Assembly: GCA_964016885.1 (NCBI GenBank)
Contig: OZ024742.1
Coordinates: 225,246,001-225,310,000 of the forward strand
Source of the DNA: Eledone cirrhosa
Lineage: Eukaryota
Direction: 5' to 3'
Length of the DNA: 64,000 nucleotides
The notes below the pieces were generated by a model. That model was not told where the DNA came from and made no database searches. It saw only the letters and a program-made list of their open reading frames with translations. The position numbers were made by a program, and so were the translations under genes. Below, piece by piece: positions 1 through 13,522 of the stretch. The number at the start of each line of letters is the position of its first letter. The first letter of the stretch is position 1.

Positions 1-1
1 T

Positions 2-697
2 ACAGATCACAAACTTGTGATCTAAATAGGCGACCGTTTCAAAACGTGGACAGCTTACACTATTTCTGTCTATTTTCCTAATGAATATCCTGTCTATATA
101 CGATCTAGATGACCCTATGCGGTTAGCCCAGGTCCACACTGGCGCATTATGGAAATCTAGTCGGTACCTGTCAGACAGTTGGAACTGGCTGATCAGGTTC
201 TTGAGGCTTTTGCACCCCCCGCTCCTATCGGATACTCCCACACAGTCCCAGCGTGCGTCTAAGATGCCGTTCCAGTCCCCCGCTAACAGTAATGGGCGAG
301 ACGTACCCAGAAAGGCTTCCAGGCGTCTAAAGAAGTCCGGCCGTCCTGTCACAGTAGGAGCATAGACGGCCACCAGTCTAAAGGCACCACCTTCATTATT
401 GTTCACGTCCAGGACCACCAACTTCCCGTCCGGGTCCCGGAAGATAGACCTTACCTCGAGATCCAGGCCTTTCCTAAACAGCACTTTCACCCCGCCTCCC
501 ATTCCCGGCCGGCTAACAGATACAAAGATCTGATAGTTGTCGAAAATGGGGGCTAGTGCGCGCGTGTCAGAAATCCTGGTCTCGCTGACTGCAATTACAT
601 CCATTTCTATAGACCTGAGGTCGTTGAGCAGGTGACCCTGCTTCCAGGACGATCCCAGGCATCGAACATTTAAACATCCTACTCTTAATACGGCCAT
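2..697 (-). CDS. L1/Tx1 LINE ORF2 N-terminus (APE endonuclease), running off the window edge
   Basis: Minus-strand ATG at 697 reads MAVLRVGCLNVRCLGSSWKQGHLLNDLRSIEMDVIAVSETR. The LNV and ET motifs are typical of the APE endonuclease start. It lies 31 nt after the ORF1 stop, and is missing from the ORF track presumably because no stop falls inside the window. Confidence 0.85.
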   Translation of the reverse strand, partial: MAVLRVGCLNVRCLGSSWKQGHLLNDLRSIEMDVIAVSETRISDTRALAPIFDNYQIFVSVSRPGMGGGVKVLFRKGLDLEVRSIFRDPDGKLVVLDVNNNEGGAFRLVAVYAPTVTGRPDFFRRLEAFLGTSRPLLLAGDWNGILDARWDCVGVSDRSGGCKSLKNLISQFQLSDRYRLDFHNAPVWTWANRIGSSRSYIDRIFIRKIDRNSVSCPRFETVAYLDHKFVIC

Positions 698-728
698 GTT
701 GGCAGGTTAAACAGAGAGAGAGGAAGGT

Positions 729-2710
729 TTACTTACCTTCCGGGCTCTTGTGAAGGTCGGGTTGTTCGACCTCCATAGTTAGTGGGGTTTCTTTTGGGAA
801 CCCCTTTAAAAGTCTTGAAGTGGGTTTTACGTTCGGAGTTCCCACGTCCCGAGGAAAGCTGTCTCGTATTTCTTTGAATATGTCGAGCGACATTCGCACC
901 AGAACCAAATCTTCCGGCACGCGAAATGTGCTCGATTTAAAAATTTTCAAATCTTTTTGTATATTTTCACTTCGTGCTATGAGGGCCATCAGTTCCTTGT
1001 TGGCCCTCCTGACGAACACAAAGTTTTGTATGTTTTGTTGGTGTGATTTTATTTGTTTGCGTGGCTGTGGTAGTGATGGTTTTGGTGGTGTTGTTTCGGT
1101 TGTATCTGTGTTTGTTGTGAGTGCGGTGTCTGTGGTTTCAGATGTTTGTGTGTATATTTGTCCTTGCGTCTGTTTCGGTTGTTTGCGTTTGGGGGATTCT
1201 GGATGGTGATGGTGATGGTGGTGTTGGTGTTGGTGTTATTGGAGAGATGTTTGCGTGGGTGGTGTCTGCGTTTTTTATTGTGGGTGCTTTTGTGCTTTGT
1301 TGAGTTTTTTTTTTTCTTTTTGTGTTTCCTTTTTTGTATTTTGGGGGATTTTGGATTTCCATCATTTTCACTACTGGTAGATGAGGGGTCTGTGTCTGTA
1401 AGTGTGTCTGTATGTATGTTTAAGGTTTTATTGGTGTGTGTATTTTTTTTTTGGGGGGGGATTTGACAGCTTTCCTCGTTTCCCCCCTGGGTGGTCAATG
1501 TTGGTGGTGGTCTTTCTATTGGTGTTGTTGTTGGTGGTTTTGCCGGTGCAGGTGTTGGTTGTGGTCCTCGCCCCGGCGTCGGCAGCAGTGGAGCCTTTCG
1601 ATCCCTTGCCTCTTTCAGCAGTTGAGGGCAGAAGGCTTGCAAATGGGTTTTTTCCCCCACAAACAAAACACTGCGGCCTTTTGCCTTCGGTCATAATGTG
1701 AATGACAGTCCCATTCTGAAGGCGGATGTGGTCTGGGATTGTCTTCACATTCTCGAGCCCGATCTGGAGAAGGATCTCCAGGTCAACCCCGGACCAGTCC
1801 TCTCTGGCCGTTCTGGTCACTTCTATAGGGACTGCATCTGTCCCCTCCACAATCACACATCCCAGAAGCCACCACATGTCAAGTCCTGGTGGGATTCTGG
1901 GAATGCGGAGACGGGCCGTTCTTTTTCCCATGTGGGAGGGGTACATTATGACCTTGCTGGTTTTGCAAGGAGTCATAGCGTGTTTCATAGCGAGGGCTTC
2001 TGACTTGAACAACACCGAAATGGTGCCGTACTGTCTGCCCCTCTCTATGTACTGGGTGTCTTCTCTGATGCACCTCAGCGCGACTTCGATATCTTCTTGT
2101 GGGATTAACGCTGCCCTTTTGGTTTGTGCTGAGATGCATCTATAATGCACCGTTTTGCGCTCCACTGCCTCAATAGCTTCTACCGGGACAGTTAAGTTGG
2201 CCCAAGTTTGCTCTTGCTTGATGAGCTTCCATGCCTGGGCCAACTTTTCATCTTTGATTGAGAGGGCCATATTGAAGCATGGCCTCTTTTTTGCTGCTGC
2301 CGCAGCGAAAGTGGTCTTGTTTTCGTTGGGGATGTTGTTGACGTTGTTCTTGTTGGTGTTGTTGTTAGGACTGTCGCTGTTATCATTGTTGTCTTTGTTG
2401 CCACCGTTGTTCTCGGTGCAGTTGGTATTGTTGCTGTTGGTGTTGTCGCTATTTGTTTTCATGTTAGTGGTGTTGATATTGCTGTTGTATTTGTTATTTT
2501 GTTTTTGTTATCTGTATTTTCGTTGTCGCTGTTACTGTCATTTTTTTCAAAATTAGAGTTCTTATTGGTATCATTGGTGTCTTTGTTTACCTTGTTTGTG
2601 GTGGTGTTTGTGTTATCAATTTGTGTTAATTTCGCTGTAGCGCTCCTTTCAACTTCTACGTCGTTGTCGCACGACAGCCGACATATCGCTGGGGGGCGTG
2701 GCTCAGCCAT
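729..2710 (-). pseudogene. L1/Tx1 ORF1 (gag-like, zinc knuckle), frameshifted
   Basis: Consecutive minus ORFs 2459-2740, 1428-2462, 1049-1666 and 729-1019. A CCHC knuckle (QCFVCG|EKTHLQAFC) is split by a frameshift at the T/C homopolymer near 1650. Low-complexity N/T linkers and a basic K-rich region are present. Confidence 0.75.
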
Positions 2711-2942
2711 GTTTTTTTTTCTTCGTAAATTTTTTAACATGTAAAAAAAAGTTCAAATATTTGGGCCAAAAGGCCCAAATATTATACTTTCCCCTTCACG
2801 GGGAAAAGTCTAAGGGCTTATATCCCTTACACAACAAGAAATATTTAACAACAAATAATTTAAACAGGCAAATAAAGCGACTTATTGTGAGCGAGAAAAA
2901 TACGTCATCTTAGACCAATAATAATAATAATAATAATAATAA

Positions 2943-5900
2943 GCTCCCTGGCTCAGCAGCAGGGACCTGGCTGTCAACCAAATACTGTTGGTGTCGGAGG
3001 AAGAAGAAGAAGGAAAGGGATCAGAACCAACTGGACGAAAGAATTGAATAGAACTGTTATGCAATGTTACCTGGAGAGTAACCCCAAGGAGAAAGGCTAT
3101 AGGAAACGGATGCATAACATCTGGAACGAGATTGGTCTATTTAAATTAGATGAACAAAAATTGGCCGGGCAGGCTCGGGTAATAAGAACTAATGGGTGGA
3201 TAAGCGAGCTGGAACTGGAGGAACTGAGCAGAGAGATTAGGTTGGAGATGGAGAGTGGAGTATGCCAGGCAAACTAGCCAGTGGGAAATGAAGATGAAGA
3301 GGTTGAGAGAACGGAGGAACCATCCGAAGCAGACAATGATCTGAATGCTGAAATAAATAATACCTGGAACAGAGATACGGCCATTGAGGAGATGAATGCT
3401 GACGGGCTAGGACAAGATTTGGTTGATATCCTAAACTTAGTGGTAGATGAATTGAACAATAGTGGGAAACCTATGAACCTAAGATTTGTAGACAGGAAAA
3501 AGTTAAAAGAAACAACAGCTAAGGTAAACAAAGTCATCCCATACCTTGAGGCGAGGAGCCTTCACCAGTGCAACAATATCCTCAAAGCAACAGCAAATGC
3601 GGTGAGGAAAATACTTGGCATAAAAGCGAGAGGAAAAAACAAACAAGAAAAATCAGAACCTTGGTGGAAGAAACGACTGAATGGTCAAATCAGGGAAATG
3701 AGAAATGACATTGGAAAGCTTGAGTCCCTACTGAATGGGACACTAAAAAACATAGACACTAAAAATAGACTGGAAATAAAGTACAAAACTAGGAGGAAAA
3801 AGCTAAATATTATCATAGAGGAACTGAAGCAACGCATTGTAGCAAAGGGTGCAAAAATAGGCGATACGAGAGCAGAGTCAGTCAGTATAGACAGAACCGC
3901 ATGTTTGACAACAACCAGAAGATGCTGTTTGGACAGCTTGAAGGGAAAGAAAGAGGCAACGACTTGGTCCCTGAGGCTGAACAAACTAAGACATTCTGGA
4001 GAGGAATATGGGAGCAGGATGTTAAACATAATGACCAGGCAGTGTGGATTGAGACAGTACAAAAGGAGATTAGTGAACAGGCACACCAACAAACAGATTT
4101 GAGTATCACAGTTGAAACTCTTAAGGGGCAAGCCAAAAAACTAACCAACTGGAAATCACCAGGCCCAGATGGCGTGCAGGGGTATTGGATTAAAAATATA
4201 ACATCCCTCCACCCGAAACTGACAACCGTATTCAATGACTGATTGATGTCAGGTGAGGTACCAGAGTGCTTGACAAAAGGTACCACAGTTCTGGTAATGA
4301 AAGACCGAATCAAGAGTAATGATGTTACCAACTATAGACCTATCACATGTCTGTCCGTAATGTGGAAACTGTTGACAAGCATTATGTCTGAGGAAATCTA
4401 CCATCACCTCCACACAAACAACTTGTTACCGGACGAACAGAAAGGATGCCGAAAGAAGTCCCGTGGTACAAAGGACCAGTTACTTATTGATAAGATGGTA
4501 ATGAGCAATTGCAAGAGGAGATACACTGGTCTTGCCATGGGATGGATAGACTACAAAAAGGCATTTGACATGGTGCCTCATTCTTGGATCACCAAAAGCC
4601 TAGAGATCTTCAAGGTGGCAGATAACATCAGACAGTTGTTGGGCAAAAGTATGAAGTCCTGGAAAACAGAGTTAACATCAGCTGGAGAATCCTTGGGAGG
4701 CGTGAAGATCAAACGAGAGGTATCTTCCAGGGAGATAGTCTGTCCCCTCTGTTGTTTGTCCTTGCCCTGATGCCCCTGACCATTATACTGCGAAAAGTGA
4801 GAGCAGGATACAAGTTGGGAAAGGGAGAGCTTACCATCAATCACCTCCTCTACATGGACGATCTTAAGCTCTTCGGGAAGAGTGAGAAGGAGTTGGATGT
4901 GCTTGTTGACACTGTCCGTATTTTCAGTAATGATATATGTATGCAATTTGGTATTAGTAAGTGTGGAGTCCTTGTGATGAAGAGGGGTAAATTGAGCAGA
5001 AGCAACGGAATCCAGGTACCAACAGGTGAGATGATAAAGGAAATTGACACTGAAGAAGGATACAAGTATTTGGGTGTTCTGGAGGCTGATGACATCAAGA
5101 ACAAAAAAATGAAGGAATTGATAAGATCTGAATACATTCGGAGAGTAAGGAGCGTATTAAAGTCACATCTGAACAGTAGGAATGCCATAAGTGCAGTAAA
5201 TTCCCGAGCTGTGTCTATTATTAGGTACAGTGCGGGAATTCTGAGATGGAATGTTGCTGAACAAAAAGAAATGGATAGGAAGACTAAAAAGCTATTGACT
5301 ATCTACAACATGTTCCACAAGAGGAGTGATGTCGATAGACTCTATTTAAGGAGATCTGAAGGTGGAAGAGGTCTTATCAGCATAGAGGACTGTGTTCAGA
5401 TGGAGAAAGACAACCTATACAAATACGTGACTGATAGTAAGGAGCCAATGCTCAGAACTGTACTGAAGGAGAGGACAATAGACCAGGGGATGTCCAATGA
5501 GGAAATAACAACAAGGAGAAAGAGCAGCCTTCATGAAAAATCCCTTCATAGTACCTTCTTTGAGAAAACTGAATTCAGAGATCCACAGACATGGAACTGG
5601 TTGAAAAGAGGAGACCTTAAAAAGGCTACACAAGGAATGTTAATGGCTGCGCAAGAGCAGGCCCTCAAAACGAAGTGGTTGAAACACCATATTTACAAGG
5701 AGGAGGCTAGCCCACTGTGCGGGATCTGTGGAGAGAAAGAGGAGACTGTGGCTCACATTGTATCCGAGTGTAAACACCTAGCCCAGACTCACTATAAGGG
5801 CTGGAGACATGATATGATGGGCAGGGTGATCCACTGGCACCTATGCAAAGTAAACAATTTACCACATTCTGAGAAGTGGTATGAGCATAAACCAGAGTCG

Positions 5901-6367
5901 GTGATAGAAAATGATCAGGTGAAGGTGCTGTGGGATTTTAGGATACAGACGGACAAGAAACTGGAACACAATAGACCTGACCTGGTGGTTTTGGACAAAG
6001 AAAAAAGATCGTGCCTGATTGTGGATGTGGCCTGCCCATTCGACACGAGAGTGCAAGAGAAGGAGAGGGAGAAAATTAACCGATACCAGGACTTAAAGTG
6101 GGAGGTAAATAGGATTTGGAACTGCCATGAAGTCAAAGTGGCCCCGATTGTCATAGGCGCACTAGGTACTATCTCAAAAAGTTTCCAGGGATGGTTAAAG
6201 AAAATTGGCCCCGCCACGCTTTTTTGAACGCTTCAAAAGGCATGCCTGCTGGGAACAGCAAGAACCCTCCGATACGTCCTGAATATCTGAGGCTGCAGGT
6301 AGTGACTTGATATTCATTTCAACAAACTTTCCAGTTAACTAACATCAATGACTGAGACTCAAAGAAC
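2943..6367 (+). mobile_element. R4/Dong-clade non-LTR retrotransposon (RT + CCHC + restriction-like endonuclease), decayed
   Basis: N-terminal VMQCY..S.P...GYRKRM..IW domain; KSPGPDG, YRPITCL, EQKGC, DYKKAFD, HLLYMDDLKL; zinc finger CGICGEKEETVAHIVSEC; RHD, PDLVV, IVDVACP and KINRY RLE motifs. Stops at 3277 and 4242, frameshifts near 3860, 4720 and 6222. Flanked by (TAA)n on both sides. Confidence 0.92.
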
Positions 6368-7326
6368 AATAATAATAATAATACTGCTACTGAATAATGA
6401 TGCTAATAATAAAGTTACCACAAGTATGATAATGAATATGAAATTCCCTCTTCTCTGTTGACTTCTGTTTGTTCCATAGATTACTGTGAGTGAAGCAGAG
6501 TAGAATGGAAGAGGGTGGAGTGGGGAGGGGAACGGAGTGGTCGTGGTGGTGGGGTGTAGAAAATGATTAAAAAACGTAAAATGGGATGACTCTGAAGAAA
6601 AGAAGAAGAAGAGAGATAAATGCAGAGAGAATGGGAGAGGAAGAGAAAGTGTAAATGAAAAATAGAAAGCGAATGGGAGAGAAAGGGGAGAGAGATAAGA
6701 GTGTGGATTGAAGAAGAAAAATGGAGGAGAAAAAGAAGATAGAAAACAACGAGGTAGTGGTAGTAAATAAAAGAAAAATGGTAGTAATGAATTTTGATTG
6801 TTTCAACGAATGATTGAAAAAGAACGTCTGCCGCTGTTGGAAAAAGAGCAGCCGAGATTAAACGAAGAGACACTGTAATAAGATGGAAGAGGACATGATG
6901 GAAGGAAACGGAGAGAAAAATTGCTAAATGAGGCGAACAAATGTTATTTAGAGCCACACTAGGCCAAGCCAGGCCAAGCCAGGCCAGACCAGACCACGCC
7001 AGACCTGTGCCGTATTAAATTGTTGGCAGAGATGGTGGAGGAAGGGTCACATATGATATATAGATGCATTGTGCTGCAACCTGTCTGCCGAACCGGAAAA
7101 CAAAACAAGGGGAGATAATTTGGAGAATTGATAACCAATTATAAGGCTGCGTTGTTTTCATAGACAGTTGATTATGCACAGAATAAATTCATCTCGGAAA
7201 AACAACAGACGATAATTTCCCATGGTCGTCGTTGACAGCAGCCATATTGAAAAACGAAACAATTGTTTGTCACCATCACTATGTCACTGTATGTCATATA
7301 CGTGTATGTATGTTTATATATGCATA

Positions 7327-7368
<42 letters not shown>

Positions 7369-7397
7369 ATATATATACATAAAGATATAATATATAT

Positions 7398-7458
<61 letters not shown>

Positions 7459-7524
7459 GCATATACATATATATATGTGTGTGTATGTGAATATGTACAT
7501 ATAAACATGCCCATATATATGCAC

Positions 7525-7588
<64 letters not shown>

Positions 7589-7959
7589 AAGGATCTGGTA
7601 AACTACCAGGTGGTATATATATATATATATATATATATATACCACCTGGTAATCTCATTTATAATCTTGTTCTTTTTATTCATTGTGGATTATGAATAAG
7701 GTGTGTTAAAACCTTATTGTTATTGTTGTCATTGCAGTTTTTAAGTTGATTTTGTTATTAGTGTTGTTGTTGTGGTGAAGGTTCTTTTTGTAGTTGTTGT
7801 TGTTGTCGTCGTCGTCTCTCTATTAATTTTGTACAACTAACGATGTAATCAACCGTGAAAAGAAAAAAGGAAAAATGTATGACGAACATACACATACGTG
7901 CACGTGAATATACACACACACACACCTCCCTCAAAACTGAGAATGACATTCATGCAAAT

Positions 7960-8016
<57 letters not shown>

Positions 8017-8179
8017 CACCACTGCTACTACTACTACTAACCCTCAACAATAATGTCATCACCATCACTACTACTACCATCAACAAACCACATCGCTACC
8101 ATCTTTATTGCCATCACTTTTATCATTAACTGCAATGCCACAGCTCAATCCTCTTGCCAACTATCATCAGAATGATTTC

Positions 8180-9385
8180 TTTATTAAATACACAAGGCAC
8201 ACATTAAGAAAACATTAAAGACAGCACAGGACGGTACGTTGTGTGTTTTTTGTGTAAAATAATACTTATAACAGAGACTAAAAGAATAAACATTTAAAAA
8301 ATCAAACATAACACATTCCTCAAAAGTGGCGGGACTCTGAGGGACACTCATTGAGAAAGCCCACAAAAAGCCACGGTTACCTCTGGTGCCCCCTACCAGT
8401 TTTTCTCCTCCAATCTACAGACGTATACTTGAGGCAAGCCAATTCAAACGGACCATGCTCGCCTCTCTCACCCACCTTTCAACAAACTGATTGGAAGGCA
8501 GCACTTCCCTCTCCACTTTGATTTTCCTCTTCAAGTGAAACCTGAAAAAGTTAATTAGGGCTTCGCCAATGAGGAAAGTGCTTGTTTTCAACCTTTTCAA
8601 ACGCGTCCATCACACGACCTCTTTCGCCATGGCCACAAGGCAGATAAAAATTGCATGTCCTTCCCTTCTAAAGGAAGATGGTGGGGCGATCTTCACAATG
8701 GACTCAGTTGATAGTCGGATCTATCCCCACAAATGACAGCAGGTGTTCTACATAAGCCCACAACTCAGTGATACTCAGACACATGAGTGCGTGCAGGCCG
8801 GTTTGGTCGCCATGCGCACGTCTCGGACAGGCCTGGCTGACGGCGCTTTCATGACCGTAGAGTTTATCTCGAAGTGGCAAAGATCCACGGAAACACTGCC
8901 AGATCATGTATTTCATGGGTCCTGCACCGAAAGTCCTCCGGAGAAGAGTGGCTGGTTGATTTTCGTCAACCCCAGAGTCTCCCCAATAACTTCGTCGTTT
9001 TTCTTCAGCCACTACCCCTCTATACAACGCCAAGGGAGATTTTTCCTCGGTCGTATTGCCCGATTGGTAGAGGGCTGTGAGCGCTTGAAAACATTCCAAT
9101 CTCCAAGCGCTCCCTCTCGGTCTTTGCTTGACCCAGGATTGCATCTCCGTTAAGGAGACGAGCTGGAGAAAACGTGTCTAGAGAACGTCAACCACACCTG
9201 TTCACCGTTAAGGAAAAGCTGGAGAAAACGTGTCTAGAGAACGTCAACCACACCTGTTCACCGTTAAGGAGACGAGCTGGAGAAAACGTGTCTAGAGAAC
9301 GTCAACCACACCTGTTCACCGTTAAGGAGACGAGCTGGAGAAAACGTGTCTAGAGAACGTCAACCACACCTGTTCACCGTCAAAG
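8180..9385 (-). mobile_element. 5'-truncated Tx1 LINE 3' end (zf-RVT region), decayed, with a 58-bp tandem at its 5' junction
   Basis: Translation QSWVKQRPR...WQCFRGSLPLRDKLY...ACPR is homologous to the Tx1 copy at 39287-40945. AATAAAGAAA 3' end. Confidence 0.8.
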
Positions 9386-9519
9386 AAAAGTTGGATGTGT
9401 CGTACTGCCACCATTACCTCCTGTATATTCCTGAGCTTTTTTTTTATTCATTCAGCCCCCAACAACTGCTGCTATCTTACAATCATGTCAGCACTACTGC
9501 CGTTATTATTACCATTAAG

Positions 9520-10425
9520 CCGGCGGTGAATTAATGAATCGTGAGAGCGTCAGATAAAAATTGTGTCATTTGTTGTTGTTCTTTACATTCTGAGTTAAAA
9601 CCCCACTGAGGTCAACTTTACCTTTCATCCTTCCAAAGTCGATAAAATAAAGTACCAGCTAAATACTGGGAGAATACACTCGACATTCCCTTTACCCAAA
9701 ATTAAGGCCTTATACCTAGATTAGAGATAATTATTACTGCCACCACTAAGGGCGGTGGACTGGCAGTATCGGTAGAGAGTCGGGCACCATGCTTTGCAGC
9801 ATAAAGTTACGGTCCTTTAGGGTCTGAGTTCAAATCATGCCGAGATTAGCTTTGCCTTTCATGCTACGGGGTCGATAAAATAAAGCACCAGTAATGTACT
9901 GGGGTCGATTTAATCGACCCCCCCCCCCCCTCCAAAAATTACTGGCCTTGTGCCTTTACTAGAAATCATTATTACTACCACCACTAAGAGGGCGGTGGAT
10001 TGGCAGAATCAGTAGAGCATCGGACAACATGCTTCGTAGCATTGAGTTATGGCCTTTTACGATCTGAGTTCAAATCCCGCCGAGGTTAGCTTTGTCTTTC
10101 ATCCTTACAGCGTCGATAAAATAAAGCACCAGTTACGCATTGGTGTCGATTTAAACGACTTTTCCTTCTCAGAAAACTGCTGGCCTTGTGCCTAAATCAG
10201 AAACAATTATTACATCCACTAACAATGAAGGATGATTAGCAGAGTCGTTATAAAGTTGGATGGCCCTGTATGTTCAGGCTTCAAATCCTGCTAAGGACAA
10301 CTTTGCCGTTTATCATTCCGAGCTCGATAAAATAAAGTACCTGTGAAATACTGAGGTCGATATAATCGACATTCCCTTCCGCCAAAATTTGCTAGCCCTG
10401 TGCCAAAATAAGAAACCATTGTTAC
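9520..10425 (+). mobile_element. Four head-to-tail tRNA-derived SINE copies
   Basis: Repeated GGCGGTGGATTGGCAG head, B-box-like GAGTTCAAATC, GTCGATAAAATAAAGTACCAG core, GGCCTTGTGCCTAAA end and (ATT)n tail; units ~225-240 bp. Confidence 0.8.
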
Positions 10426-10589
10426 TACCACTAATATACCACCTCCACCACCATCACCACAACCACCATCACCACAAGCACCACCACCACTACAAACCCC
10501 ACCAACGACGATGACGAATACGACGAACATATTCACAGAAGAGCTGTCATGGAAAATTTCTTTGTTAGATAGGAACAGAAGTTGACTTA

Positions 10590-11675
10590 TCTACTATATA
10601 AATCGGAAGTGGTCGGACGTTGTATATTTAAGTAAGTAGGTGTAGTCGGATAAACGTCGAAATGGCTTGGTGGAAGGCAGCGAAAATTTACACAGTTATG
10701 CAGAATGACCCGAGGAGGCGTTGGGTCGACTTTCAAGCTACAAGCTTCCATGGTTACGGAGAAAACCGATGAAACAGGAATTTCCCATTCAAATTGAACT
10801 GAGAGTAATCTGTGAACGCAGAAGTAAATATTTCGAGAAACGTTGCAACCGAACGAAAACAGGAAGACGATATTTTGGTTCGTGAAGACGTTTCCTGGCA
10901 ATGAACGGGGAAAAAGCGACGATAATACGTCGTTATGTGGAGCGAGAAGAACAATTTCATGCAAAGACAAGACCAAGTTTATGGTATAAATGGAGTCGTT
11001 AGACTAATATTCTATTTAAAATAACAGAATGATTTCCAGCCCCGGAGTATGATGTAAATAAAATTGAAAACGAAAATGACAGAGGTTATTAAAATAGTAA
11101 AAGTAAATAGTGCAGATTTAGGCCAGTACATATGTATGCCCCGACGGACATACACATACACACGCACACACAAATACATACACACCCACAAACACACACA
11201 CACACACGCACGCACGCACGCACACGCACGCACACACACGTACATAAACCTTATGCATTTCTACAGTATTTTCACCAAACTTAAGACATAGGTTACTTAT
11301 GTACTCCAGCTGGTCATGGGCACTTTCATTTTTCCAGATATTGATTGTAGGGCCTCCCGGCAGATAATCCCCTTTAATCACTTCCTTGGAGTCGACTGAA
11401 GAACTGCAGTGCAATGCAACAAAACGTCATAACTTCTGGAGTTCGCAACCGATTTTCACAAAACTTGACACATGGGCTACGTTTGTCCTACAGATGAATG
11501 TGAACTCTCAGAATTGGCACATATTGAGTAGGGGACCCCTGGGGGCAGGAACCCCTTTTGGAAAAAGCCGATGATTTTGTAAAAGTATAGTTTTCGAAGC
11601 AGCACTGAAGTATTGACATAAAAGGTATACATAACTGCTATTTAATACCCGAGCAACGCCGGGTACCTCTGCTAG
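10590..11675 (+). mobile_element. Non-autonomous Helitron
   Basis: 5' A|TCTACTATATAAA; subterminal hairpin CCCGAGCAACGCCGGG followed by CTAG|T; inserted at an AT dinucleotide. Confidence 0.75.
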
Positions 11676-11724
<49 letters not shown>

Positions 11725-11732
11725 GCAATATA

Positions 11733-11813
11733 CAGGGTGTCGCAAAAAGCTGTTTACACACTTCAACAACATTCTAATAAAAGTCTCTATACACTTTTTG
11801 GGGGGACACCCTG
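11733..11813. mobile_element. 81-bp Tc1/mariner-type MITE
   Basis: TA|CAGGGTGTCGCAAAAAG ... CTTTTTGGGGGGACACCCTG|TA. Confidence 0.7.
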
Positions 11814-12728
11814 TATATAGTAGGTAAATATAGATAATAAAAACAATATATACAATATATACAAATATAATTTCAGCGAGATCGTATTTCGGCGGGGGCC
11901 AAAAACAAAACGAAACGCAATCCTCGAGATATGCGGCAAGCGCTCAATGGACTAAAAGAAGACCAGAGCAATTAACATACGTTATAAAGGCCAGATAAAA
12001 TGAAAACGGTGGTCGTGAAGCCATCAGCCACCGGAGCCAAAAAAACCAAGCAAGCTAAACAGGTTAACAAAAGAATTTACCTGGACCTCCTGGAAAGTGT
12101 TGGCAAAATCCAGTGGGAGGTTTCTGTGACTTCTAAATCAATTATACTGCCTGCTTTCGTTGTAAGCTTTTGGTATAACGATCGAACAAGGTAGCCATTT
12201 CGTCAACAGGTATTTTGTTCTCAGCCGGCTACCGGGTTCCAATTCAGTAGTAATGACGTGATTACCCATGTGTTTACCCTGCAAGGGAGGTAACCCCAGT
12301 GTTTGGCAGGTGCATTCAAAATGTGTAAATATATTGCAAAAATTGCAAAAACCTACACAAATCGAAGCTCTCGACCGAGTTGTTTTTAAATATACTTAAG
12401 CAATTAATCAGTCAATAAAATTGTCTAATTGAATTAACTAATTAATTTCTAGGCCCGCGAGATTAATACAAATATATGTATAATATATATAATATATACA
12501 AATATATGTGTATCTGATAAGACATCAAATCCTGCATTCGTAGACGGAATACAGCAACACACCCAGCACAAAAGTGTTTTTACCAAGTACAATATATATA
12601 ATACATATATCTACAATGTCAAATGTATATATTGTATACAGTATATATTGTATACATTTTATTGTCTCGGTGTGATCTGTACGTGACTATATATCTTCAC
12701 CTCAGGAGAGAAGACCGACAGACAGACA

Positions 12729-12832
<104 letters not shown>

Positions 12833-12975
12833 CAGGTGCGTGTGCGTGTGCGTGCGCGCGTATGTGTGTGAATCTTTATGCTAGCTTGCAGCTTTACCAT
12901 TCACTGTACATATGTAACGTGACATGCACGTTTGCATATATATTAGGTTTCCAAAGAAACATACTTGTGTGTGTA

Positions 12976-13053
<78 letters not shown>

Positions 13054-13107
13054 GTATATATATGTATATATATGTATATACATATATATATGTGTGTATA
13101 TGTGTAT

Positions 13108-13156
<49 letters not shown>

Positions 13157-13237
13157 AGCAAATTATAAATGTAAACATGTAAGTATGTTTTTTGAAACGG
13201 TGCGCGAGTTGGAAATTAGAAATTAGAAATTATAAGC

Positions 13238-13409
13238 TTTCACCGTATTTTAGACTAAAGAAATTTCTAGCCTGATAGTGGGGTTTATGGCCCTCGGAGA
13301 AATGGAAAAAGATGAGTGTTGCCGTACGCAGCACTCATCTTTTTCCATTTCTTCGAGGGTTATAAACCCCACTATCAGGCTAGAAATTTCTTTAGTCTAA
13401 AATACGGTG

Positions 13410-13412
<3 letters not shown>
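13238..13412. repeat. Near-perfect ~85-bp-arm hairpin abutting (TA)n
   Basis: TTTCACCGTATTTTAGACTAAAG...GATGAGTG is mirrored by CACTCATC...CTTTAGTCTAAAATACGGTGAAA. Confidence 0.9.
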
Positions 13413-13484
<72 letters not shown>

Positions 13485-13522
13485 CAGACACTATATATAC
13501 ACACACATGCGTGTAAGTGTGT

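Larger units (their letters stand above)
1..2916 (-). mobile_element. 5' portion of an apparently full-length L1/Tx1-clade non-LTR retrotransposon
   Basis: Putative 5'UTR (~2711-2916), ORF1, short spacer, ORF2 start. The 5' end abuts a (TAA)n tract. Confidence 0.8.

Noticed and set aside
4240-4242. In-frame TGA at a probable Cys position in the R4 element (selenocysteine?)
   Set aside because: The same copy has a TAG stop and several frameshifts and I see no SECIS, so ordinary decay is simpler. The Naiad-type ORFs here show no in-frame UGA either.
7020-7285. Unique sequence that might be a host exon or enhancer (also ~16040-16400, ~17210-17640)
   Set aside because: No recognisable protein motif or supported splice structure; needs RNA-seq or cross-species alignment.
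13270-13305. CTGATAG...GAA in the hairpin as a hammerhead
   Set aside because: Core deviates and no stem I/III closure was found.
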